The translations under genes were made by a program, and so were the position numbers. Under the pieces are notes generated by a model. It saw nothing but the letters and a program-made list of their open reading frames with translations. It was not told the origin of the DNA and did no database searches. This document shows, one piece after another, positions 12,426 through 23,300 of a DNA stretch of 64,000 nt (the stretch's first letter is position 1; every line of letters starts with the position of its first letter). This DNA comes from Anaeramoeba ignava BMAN (Eukaryota > Protista > Anaeramoebae), in NCBI GenBank assembly GCA_028826165.1, contig JAPDFW010000058.1, forward strand, positions 310,001 to 374,000, read 5' to 3'.

Positions 12426-14210
12426 TTAATTTTGATTTTGATTATTAAATTTATTAATTAATAAATCAAATAAATTTGGATTTGTTTGATTTAATTGAAA
12501 ATAATCAATTCCAGTTTGAATTTCATTAATAATTTCTTGTGTAATTTGAATTTCATCTTTAATTTGATTTGAATAAATCCAATATTCAAATATTTGAAAT
12601 GATTTATTACTTAATTCACTATAATCTGTAACTTTATTAGATTTATCTTCTGTTACAGATAAAAACATTCCTCGATATAATTCACTTCTCATTATTAATA
12701 TTAATTTAGGAAATTTATATTGTTTTTCTTTTCTTTCAATTATAAAATCTTTTTCATTTTCATTTTCATTTTCATTTAAATAAATTCTTTTCATTGTTTC
12801 TTCAATTTTTTCATTTGAATTTATAATTTCTTTAATTTCAGAATATAATTTTGGATTTATAATTCTGTTTGAATAAATCATTTCAAATATTTGATTTGAT
12901 TCTTTAATTGATTTTTTTGAAATAATTTCTTGAAGTTTTTCAATTTGATTTTGATTTTGATTTAATCTATATTTCAATATTAATTTATGAGCTTCAATTA
13001 TTTCTCCATTTTCTGTTTTAAATGAAATATTACAAAATTCTTTTCTTTCAAATAATTTTATCAAATCTTCTTCAAGATTGGAAAAAGAAGAAGGAGAATA
13101 ATAAAGGAATGAAGTGCCAACTCCACAAGAAACATGATAATTAGAAATATTTTCATTAAATCTTAATTTAGGAAGTTCAATTTGAATTGGAATAAATTGA
13201 TATTCTTCTATATCTCCAGTTCCTAATTGACCATAATTATTATATCCAGATCCTATTAATTTTGAATTGGATGTTAAAATCAAAGTATGGGAATATCCAA
13301 CAGAAAAATCAAGAATATTATCATCATTATTTTCAAATAAAGATGATTTGATTTCAGTAAATTCATAAGTATTTTCATTTTTGCCAAGTCCATTATATCC
13401 AGAAAATCCACATGAATAAAGTTTTCTTTTTAGATTTTCATTTTGATCTTCATCTTCAATCAACATTACTGAGTGAAAATTTCCACATTGAATATCAATT
13501 ATTTTGCCTTTTGGAATATTTTGAATTTTGGTTAATTTTGGATTTTTCTTTCTTTTCTTCTTGATTCTCCTAATCCAAGTTGACCATATATATTATATCC
13601 GCATCCAAATAATTCTTGATTTGAATTTAAAAGAAAAACAGAACTTGAAAAGTTTCCTGAAAATATTTTAGAAACATTTTTCATCATTAAAATTGGTTTT
13701 TCTGTTTTTGGAAGTGTTTCAGAATCAAATCCAAGTTGACAATATTGATTTAAACCAATTCCATAAGCATTTTGATTTGAAGTTAATAAGTAAATTGAAT
13801 CTCTTCCAGAAACAACATCTTGAATTATTCTATCATTTGTATCTTCAATTAATGATGAAATATTGATGAATTGATTTGGATTATTTTGGATTAATATCTT
13901 TTCCTTTGGCAAATACATTTCCTTCTTTTGTTAAAATAGCTTCATTTCGATAACCAACAGTTACTTTTTGAATATTTTTTTCAATTTGGATTTTATAAGG
14001 ATTTTGTTTTGAATTTCTTTGATTTAAATATTCTATTGCTTTTCCATTTTTAAAAAGGAAAATTGTTGCAAAGTCACTTGATGAAATTTGTTTAATTTGT
14101 TTTTCATTTTCATTTTCAAATTTAAATTGAATTGGTTTTTTTATTTTTTTTGATTTATTTTTGAAAAGTTTTGGGTATTGATTTCTTCCAAAAAATAAAA
14201 TTTCATTCAT
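12426..14210 (-). pseudogene. RCC1-BTB copy 7, two frameshifts (near 13887 and 13538)
   Basis: Split over ORFs 13881..14210, 13532..13918 and 12426..13466. Both indels are in T-runs. Confidence 0.75.
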
Positions 14211-14272
14211 TTTTAAAAAGTAAAAAATGAAAATTTTGATTTTGATTTTAATTTTAAATTTTAATTTTAATT

Positions 14273-16711
14273 TTAATTTTCGAAAATTAAATCAATTATT
14301 GAATTTTGATTTAATTGATAATAATCTTTTAAATCTTCAAATTCTTCGATAATTTCTTGCTTAATTTCTTTTTCAAATTCATCATGATAAAGAAAATAAA
14401 TTAATTCTTGAATTGTTTCAAATGATTTTCCTGAATAATCATGAACTTGATTCGAGGAATCTTCAACACTCAAAAACATTCCTTTGAATAATTCACTTCT
14501 CATTATTAACACTAATTTATGAACTTTGATTTCTTTTTCATCTTCTTCACAAATTATTGCAAAATCTTTCGTTTCATTTTGTTGATATAATTTATCAAAA
14601 TCTTTTAGTATTCCCTTCCTTCCTTTTTTTGATTCGAACCATTCCGAATCAAATCCTAATTCTTTAAAAAATTCTTCAATAATTGGTTTTTCTTGATCAT
14701 TTTTCTTGATATTTTTTATTGGAATTAGAATTTCCTTTCTTCTTTTTTCAAAATCACTCCATTCAATTCTGTATGAATTGCGTTCATTTCGAAGGGTTTC
14801 AAATTGATTGCATAAATCATTAAAAGTACTAAATTTTGTTGCGAAATTATCAAAATCAGGAAAGCCTGTATAAAGAAAATTCAAAGCAAATTGAACAATT
14901 TCTTTTGGTTTTTGTTGGCAAATATCAACAAAGTTTTGCAAAGTTTTTTCATCGTTATCAAATCTTGATAAAAGAATTGATTTGTGAACTGGAAATTTGA
15001 AGAAATCCTTTGATTCAATTTGATAATCGGAAAAATCTGTTGATTTCAATAAATTGTTCATATCTTCATTAAATGAATAAATTTTAGGAAAAAACTCATA
15101 AATTTCTTGTATATTTTCCCTATCTGGTAAATGAAATAAATTCGCATCGTTCATCATAAAAAACTTCACCAACTTAAAGTATTTTCTTGATTTCGCCAAA
15201 AATAAAACAATTCCACTATTTTTGCTTTTCAAATCTATATCAACTCCCTTTTCAACTAAGTATTTGGCAATTTCAAACAATTTTTCTTCGTGATCTTGTG
15301 AGTATTGGTTTCTAAAAAAATAATGCAAAAGTGATTCATTGTCAGTACTTTTTGCATTAACATCTGCTCCTTTTTCAACTAAATATTTGATGATTTCAAC
15401 TAAATTTTGATGTTGAGTTTCTTTTCGGAAATTGCAAGCATAATGCAAAGGTGTTTGATCTATTTGATTTTTTGCATTAATATCAGCTCCTTTTCCAATT
15501 AGATATTTGATTGTTTCGATTGAATTTGAGTTTTGATTTTGGCAAACTAAATGCAAAGGAGTTTCTTTTTTATTGTTTTTTGCATTAATATTTGCTCCTT
15601 TTTCAATTAGATATTTGATTGTTTCAAATGAATTTGAATTTGGATTTTGGAAATAGTATTGAAAAGAGTAAAACAAAGGTGTTTCATTATCCTTATTTTG
15701 TGCATTTAAATCACAACCTTTTCCAATTAGATATTTGATTGTTTCAAATGAATTTGAGTTTTGTTTTCGACAAACTAAATGCAGAGGAGTTTCATTTTTA
15801 TTATTTTGTGAATTCAAATCACAACCTTTTTCAATTAGATATTTGATTGCTTCAAAAGAATTTGAGTTTTGATTTTGGAAATAGTATTGAAAAGAGTAAA
15901 ACAAAGGTGTTTCATTATCCTTGTTTTTTGCATTCAAATCACAACCTTTTCCAATTAGATATTTCATAATTCCAAAAGAATTTGAATTTGGATTTCGACA
16001 AACTAAATGCAAAGGAGTTTCATTTTTATTATTTTGTGAATTCAAATCACAACCTTTTTCAATTAGATATTTGATTACTTCAAAAGAATTTGAGTTTTGA
16101 TTTTGGAAATAGTATTGAAAAGAGTAAAACAAAGGTGTTTCATTTTTATTGTTTTTTTCATTTAAATCACAACCTTTTTCAATAAGATATTTGATAATTT
16201 CAAATGAATTTGAGTTTTGATTTTGACAAAATAAATGTAAAGGAGTTTCATTGTTAGTGTTTTTTGCATTCAAATCAGAACCTTTTTCAATAAGATATTT
16301 CATAATTTCAAAAGAATTTGAATTTGGGTTTTTGTTTTGGTTTTGACAAAATAAAAGTAAAGGAGTTTCATTTGCAAAAGTTTTTTGATTTAAATCAGAA
16401 CCTTTTTCAATAAGATATTTGATAACTTCAAAAGAATTTGAGTTTTTGTTTTGATTTTGACAAAATAAAAGTAAAGGAGTTTCATTTGCAAAAGTTTTTG
16501 CATTCACATTAAGACCCTTTTCAATAAGATATTTGATAATTTCAAATGAATCTTCTTTTTTTTGAAATTTGCAAATTAAATGTAAAGGAGTTTGAAAAAT
16601 TGAATTTTTAATTGTAATATCTGCACCATTTTCTATTAAGGTTTTTATTTCTTTTATTGAACCATTTTGACAAGCTGAAAACAATTTTCGATTTTTTTCG
16701 TTTTGATTCAT
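14273..16711 (-). CDS. Ankyrin-repeat + C-terminal tandem BTB/POZ protein
   Basis: 812 aa with about 13-14 ankyrin repeats (ETPLHL.C...EIIKYLIEKG.D.NAKN). Then FSDYQI...FPVHKSILLSR and KDFAII...VHKLVLIMRSELFKGMF BTB segments. Confidence 0.9.
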   Translation of the reverse strand: MNQNEKNRKLFSACQNGSIKEIKTLIENGADITIKNSIFQTPLHLICKFQKKEDSFEIIKYLIEKGLNVNAKTFANETPLLLFCQNQNKNSNSFEVIKYLIEKGSDLNQKTFANETPLLLFCQNQNKNPNSNSFEIMKYLIEKGSDLNAKNTNNETPLHLFCQNQNSNSFEIIKYLIEKGCDLNEKNNKNETPLFYSFQYYFQNQNSNSFEVIKYLIEKGCDLNSQNNKNETPLHLVCRNPNSNSFGIMKYLIGKGCDLNAKNKDNETPLFYSFQYYFQNQNSNSFEAIKYLIEKGCDLNSQNNKNETPLHLVCRKQNSNSFETIKYLIGKGCDLNAQNKDNETPLFYSFQYYFQNPNSNSFETIKYLIEKGANINAKNNKKETPLHLVCQNQNSNSIETIKYLIGKGADINAKNQIDQTPLHYACNFRKETQHQNLVEIIKYLVEKGADVNAKSTDNESLLHYFFRNQYSQDHEEKLFEIAKYLVEKGVDIDLKSKNSGIVLFLAKSRKYFKLVKFFMMNDANLFHLPDRENIQEIYEFFPKIYSFNEDMNNLLKSTDFSDYQIESKDFFKFPVHKSILLSRFDNDEKTLQNFVDICQQKPKEIVQFALNFLYTGFPDFDNFATKFSTFNDLCNQFETLRNERNSYRIEWSDFEKRRKEILIPIKNIKKNDQEKPIIEEFFKELGFDSEWFESKKGRKGILKDFDKLYQQNETKDFAIICEEDEKEIKVHKLVLIMRSELFKGMFLSVEDSSNQVHDYSGKSFETIQELIYFLYHDEFEKEIKQEIIEEFEDLKDYYQLNQNSIIDLIFEN

Positions 16712-16825
16712 TTGCTTTTTTTTTTGTTTTTAAAAAATTTTTTATTAAAGAGAAAAATAAAAAATGAAAAATGAAGAAAATTTTTGCTTTTTCTTTTTTT
16801 TTTTTTTGAAAGAAAATGAATTCAA

Positions 16826-19800
16826 TTAATTCTTTTCAAAGAAATTGAATTGTTTTCCAAATTTTTCCAAAAGAATTTCTTTTAATTTTTTGTAAGAAAT
16901 TTTTAAGTCATCATTAACTAATATTTGGTCAAAATGTTGAGGATTTTTTTCTGAAAATTCGATTTCTTTTTTTGCATTTTCCAATCTTTCATTAATTTTT
17001 TCATCAGATTCAGTTCTTCTTCCTCTTAATCTTCTTTCAAGTTCTTCAAATGAAGGAGGTAATAAGAAAATTGAAAAAGATTTAAAATCGGATTTTTTCA
17101 AGTTAATTGCTCCTTTAATACTGACATCCATAATAGAAATTTGTCCATTTTTAGTTATTCTTTCAATTTCTGATTTACTTGTTCCATAAAAATTGGAATG
17201 AACTTCATCGAATTCGAGCATTTCATTGTTTTCAATTTTTTCTTTCATCTTTTTTACAATTGATATAAAATTGATATAAAATTGAATTAAAATTGAATTA
17301 AAATTGAATTAAAATTGAATTAAAATTGAATTAAAAGAATTAAAATTGAATTAAAATTGATTTAAAATTTAATTAAAATTTAATTAAAATTTAATTAAAA
17401 TTTAATTAAAATTAATATAAAATTGATATAAAATTGATTTAAAATTAATTAAAATTGATATAAAATTGATTTAAAATTGATTTAAAATTGATATAAAATT
17501 GATTTAAAATTAATATAAAATTAATATAAAATTAATATAAAATTAATATAAAATTAATATAAAATTAATATAAAATTAATATAAAATTGATATAAAATTG
17601 ATATAAAATTAATTTAAAATTGATATAAAATTGATTTAAAATTGATATAAAATTGATATAAAATTGATTTAAAATTGATATAAAATTAATTTAAAATTGA
17701 TATAAAATTGATTTAAAATTGATATAAAATTAATTTAAAATTGATATAAAATTGATATAATTCTAAAATTGATTTAAAATTGATATAAAATTGATATAAA
17801 AATTGATTTAAAATTGATTTAAAATTGATTTAAAATTGATATAAAATTGATTTAAAATTGATTTAAAATTGATTTAAAATTGATTTAAAATTAATATAAA
17901 ATTTAATTAAAATTGATTTAAAATTGATTTAAAATTAATATAAAATTGATATAAAATTGATATAAAATTGATATAAAATTGATATAAAATTGATATAAAA
18001 TTGATATAAAATTGATTTAAAATTGATTTAAAATTAATATAAAATTGATTTAAAATTGATTTAAAATTGATATAAAAATTGATATAAAATTGATTTAAAA
18101 TTGATATAAAAATTGATTTTAAAATTGATTTAAAATTGATATAAAATTGATATAAAATTGATTTAAAATTGATATAAAATTGATTTAAAATTGATATAAA
18201 ATTGATATAAAAATTAATATAAAATTAATTTAAAATTGATATAAAATTGATATAAAATTAATATAAAATTAATATAAAATTGATATAAAAAAAATTTAAA
18301 ATTAATTTAAAATTGATTTAAAATTGATTTAAAATTGATTTAAAATTGATATAAAATTGATTTAAAATTGATTTAAAATTGATTTAAAATTAATTTAAAA
18401 TTGATATAAAATTGATTTAAAATTGATATAAAATTGAATTAAAATTAATATAAAATTGATTTAAAATTAATATAAAATTGATTTAAAATTGATATAAAAT
18501 TAATTTTAAAATTGAATTAAAATTGATATAAAATTAATATAAAATTGATATAAAATTGATTTAAAATTGATATAAAATTGATATAAAATTGATTTAAAAA
18601 TTGATTTAAAATTGATTTAAAATTTATTTAAAATTGATATAAAATTGATTTAAAATTGATTTAAAATTGATTTAAAATTGATTTAAAAATTGATTTAAAA
18701 TTGATTTAAAATTAATATAAAATTGATATAAATTAATATAAAATTGATATAAAATTGATATAAAAATTGATATAAAAATTAATTTAAAATTGATATAAAA
18801 TTGATTTAAAATTAATTTAAAATTGATATAAAATTGATATAAAATTGATTTAAAATTGATTTAAAATTAATATAAAATTGATTTAAAATTGATTTAAAAT
18901 TGATTTAAAATTGATATAAAATTGATATAAAATTGATTTAAAATTGATATAAAATTAATATAAAATTGATATAAAATTGATATAAAAATTGATTTAAAAT
19001 TAATATAAAATTGATATAAAATTGATATATAAAAATTGATTTAAAATTGATTTAAAATTAATATAAAATTGATATAAAATTGATATAAAATTAATTTAAA
19101 ATTGATTTAAAATTGATTTAAAATTGATTTAAAATTGATATAAAATTGATATAAAATTAATATAAAATTGATATAAAATTGATTTAAAATTGATTTAAAA
19201 TTGATTTAAAATTGATTTAAAATTGATATAAAATTGATATAAAATTGATTTAAAATTGATTTAAAAATTGATATAAAATTGATTTAAAATTGATTTAAAA
19301 TTGATATAAAATTGATATAAAATTGATTTAAAATTGATATAAAATTGATATAAAATTGATTTAAAATTGATATAAAATTGATTTAAAATTGATATAAAAT
19401 TAATATAAAATTGATTTAAAATTAAAATTTTAAAATTGATATAAAATTGATATAAAATTGATATAAAATTGATATAAAATTGATATAAAATTGATATAAA
19501 ATTGATTTAAAATGACTTAAAATTGATATAAAATTGATATAAAATTGATTTAAAATTGATATAAAATTGATATAAAATTGATATAAAATTGATATAAAAT
19601 TAATATAAAATTAATATAAAATTAATATAAAATTAAATTAAAATTGATTTAAAATTAATTTAAAATTTAATTAAAATTGATATAAAATTGATTTAAAATT
19701 GATTTAAAATTGATTTAAAATTGATTTAAAATTGATATAAAATTGATATAAAATTAATATAAAATTAATTGATATAAAATTGATATAAAATTGATATAAA

Positions 19801-20181
19801 ATTGATATAAAATTAATATAAAATTGATATAAAATTGATATAAAATAGATATAAAATTAATTAAAATTAATTAAAATTGATATAAAATTGATATAAAATT
19901 GATTTAAAATTAATTTAAAATTGATTTAAAATTTATTTAAAAATGTTTTAAATGTTTTTAAATTTGTTTAGAATTAAAATTTGTTAAAAATCTACTTGTT
20001 CTTTCGTTATAAAATAATAATGTTTGCCATCAACTTCATTTCCTCTAAGAGAACGAGTTGTATGAGAAATTGAAAAAGAAAATTTAGAAGGAAAAGTTCG
20101 TAAAAATTCATTTGCTAAAGTACTTTTACCAACACCAGAAGGACCAACAAAAATTAACATAGAAATTAGATTCTCAACCAT
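16826..20181 (-). CDS. GUK1: Guanylate kinase, 2 exons (20181..19996, 17248..16826)
   Basis: Exon 1 has the P-loop GPSGVGKST and SHTTR...EVDGKHYYF. Exon 2 has VHSNFYGTS, LPPSFEELERRLRGR.TES and LVNDDL. A phase-0 GT..AG intron 19995..17249 joins KEQ|MKEK in frame. Confidence 0.92.
17260..19940. repeat. Intronic 11-bp tandem satellite (AAAATTGATWT and AAAATTAATAT variants), ~2.7 kb
   Basis: Directly visible; fills almost the whole guanylate kinase intron. Confidence 0.95.
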
Positions 20182-20320
20182 TTTTTTTTTGAAAGTAAAC
20201 AAAAAAATAATTTCATTTTTTTATTTTCAATTTTTTTCTTTTTTTCTTTTTTTAAAAATTATTTTTAAAAATTTTTGTTGTATTTCAAAATAAATTAATT
20301 CAAAATACAAAATAAATTAA

Positions 20321-23300
20321 ATGGGAAATTGTTGTGCTTCACCAAAAAACCCCATCGAAGATGTAGCATTTATCGGAATGAGTTTAGAAAAAGTGCCACC
20401 ATTAATTGGATTATGTTATCAATTGAATTCACTTGATTTAACTGGAAATCACATTCAAAAATTACCAAGTTCGCTTGTCAAGCAAGAAACAATTCGAAGT
20501 TTCATTTGGAAAAGCAACCATTTGAAAAAAGTCCCGCAGAATTTATACGAGATGAAAAACCTGCAATTCCTTGACTTGAGTTGCAATCATATTTATCAAA
20601 TTTCGGATCGAATCCAAAAACTCACAAGTTTAACTGAATTGGATCTTCATGAAAATTTAATCGAAACTTTTCCCGACCTCAGCTTCGGTTATCTGCAGTC
20701 TTTGATCAAATTAAACGCATCGAGGAATTGCATACGATCGATTCCCGAATGCGTGCAGAACCTCAATAGTCTCCGTGAGTTAGATTTGAATGGGAATTCG
20801 CTCCCAGTTCTCCCCCAGCATTTCTCGTCTTTGACGAACCTGCAAATGCTGAATCTCTCAAATAATGTGATCAAGAACCTTGAGATGAACAATGGTCTGC
20901 AGGGTCTTGTTTCTCTTCATCGGTTCGATTTGTCTTATAATCTAGTCGAAAAAATTCCCGAAACCATTAAGTATCTGAAAAATTTGCGAATTTTGATCGC
21001 AGATTTCAATCGGATCTCACTCATTCACGACGCGTTCGGGAATCTCTCGAAAATCACACAAACAACCTTTGAGAACAACAAGTTGAAAGACTTGCCGAAT
21101 TCGTTTGGAAAATTAAGCGGCTCGCTTTTGGATCTGAATTTGAGATCAAACAAGTTTAAAGAAATTCCTGGTGTTCTGCAACAGCTACGCGAACTCCAGG
21201 TTTTGATCATGTCTCGCAACAAGATCTCCTCGTTTACTCTACAACTCACAAAGCTGATTGATCTCGATCTTTCTGACAATCGTATTGAGAGGTTCGAGGA
21301 TAACGCGTTCATGCATCTCCACTCGATATCCAAGCTTAACTTGGCAAAGAACCGTATATCTTCCCTTCCCGAATCTGTCTCGACAATGCGCAACTTGTCG
21401 ATGCTCAATTTGTCGTCGAATAATCTGCAAAAACTTCCCCAAAATATCGGCAACTTGGTGAATTTGAAGGAGCTCGATCTCTCTGAAAATAAGTTGCAGA
21501 GCCTTCCCGACGAGATTGGCCAGCTGATATTTGTCTACAAGCTCATGCTCAACGGCAACCAATTGAAGAGCCTTCCACAAACATTTTCGCATATGAAGAA
21601 TTTGAATGTTTTAAACCTATCCAAAAATTTATTTGAATGTGTTCCTCCAGTTTTGTTCAGCTTCTCCAAACTGCAAAAGCTCACAATGTCCGACTGCAAG
21701 CTCCGCATCTTCCCGTCAAACATGATCCTTCTCATGACGCTCAAGGAGTTGAACCTCAGCGCAAACAACATCCGGCTCCTGTCTCCATCTATAGGCATGA
21801 TGCGGTCGCTGTCGGAACTGAATCTGAGCAACAACAAGATCGCCGAAATTCCTGATTCGTTCTTTGATCTGGGAAACTCGCCCAAGGCGTCGTTGTGCAA
21901 GATCGATTTCTCGGGTAACCAGCTGGGCGAGTTCAGTGAGTTGTGGTTCAGATTCACAAATCTGCAAGAGCTCGACTTGTCACATAACAGAATCCAAAAG
22001 TTCCCGATCGACGGATTTGAGAAATTTTCGAGTATCGAATCCCTCAAACTCAGCCACAACCGGTGCGAGAACATTGATATCTCATCCGCACGACGCCTAA
22101 CGAAGCTGGAGTTCTTGCATTTGGAGGGAAATATCCTGTCGGATTCATTCCAAAAAATCCTGAATAAAATCTCCAGTAAAAATCCTCATCACCAAAAAAA
22201 CACTCGCAGCCACAAAGAGAAAAACGAGCGTCTGTTCATCCGCTGCTCTCTCCAGCGCTCGCGATCTTTCTCCAATAATCACAGTCTGGGAGATAGCGGG
22301 AACATGGGAATCAACAGCAACATAAGTATCAACAGTAGCGTCAATAGTAATATGAACAATAGCGTGACAAATAATATCCCCAACGGGGTCAACAACCCCC
22401 TCAACCGCTCGCAAACACCGCTTGATTTCCCCGTTGCAAAAGAGATCCTTGTGGATCCTTATAAGCCCAACTGGTTCGCAAGGAAGATTCACTGGAAAAG
22501 CGCCAGATTCACAGTTGGATACTCGGAAACTAAAGGCAAGCGCGGCTCTATGGAGGACACCATAGACATCCGCGGCAGATTCGGGAATTGGCCTAATGTC
22601 GACTTCTTCGCTCTTTACGACGGCCACAAGGGTAGATTCACTGCTGATTTCCTTGCGTTTGTATTCTCGGGAATGCTTGAATCAAAACTCAAGAAATTAT
22701 TTCCTCAACTCAAAAAAACTCAATCCCAATCCTCAAATTATTTCGCTCAAGAAGACCCAAATAAGTCGCAAGAACCGCAAGAACAACATCAAATACACAA
22801 CTCTGCGAAGGATTTCTCGCCAATGAAAAATATGAGCTTCACAAACGAACCAACAAACAGATTAATAACTGAAAATTTAACTGAAAATGATACTTTTGAA
22901 TTAGAAAGTCAGGATGAGTCCCAAAGTCTCCATGCAAACAACAATAACAGCACCACAACCCCCAACAAAAACACTTCCAATTTCGGTCCAAAGGCCCAAG
23001 CTCCGACCCTCAACAGAAAGCTCTCGCTCCAAGACGAAGAAAAATTGATCCAAATCAAACAAACTTTCCACGATCTATTTCTTCAAGTCAACAAGAAGCT
23101 CGAAAAAACAAAAACAGAGAGTGGTGCCACAGCAGTCATCTCGCTCATCGTCGATAACAAGTGCTTCATCGTCAATGTTGGCGACTCACGCGCCGTTCTC
23201 AGTCGCCAAAGACGAGCTTTTCGTGTCTCTTTCGACCACAAACCAACCGTGCCATCCGAGCAACAACGCATCCGCAACCTCGGAGGCATAGTCAGTCGAG

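Noticed and set aside
150-14210. Diversity-generating retroelement behind the RCC1 hypervariability
   Set aside because: No reverse transcriptase or separate template repeat in the window. Variation is spread over all blades and includes indels and whole-codon swaps rather than a single adenine-specific variable region.
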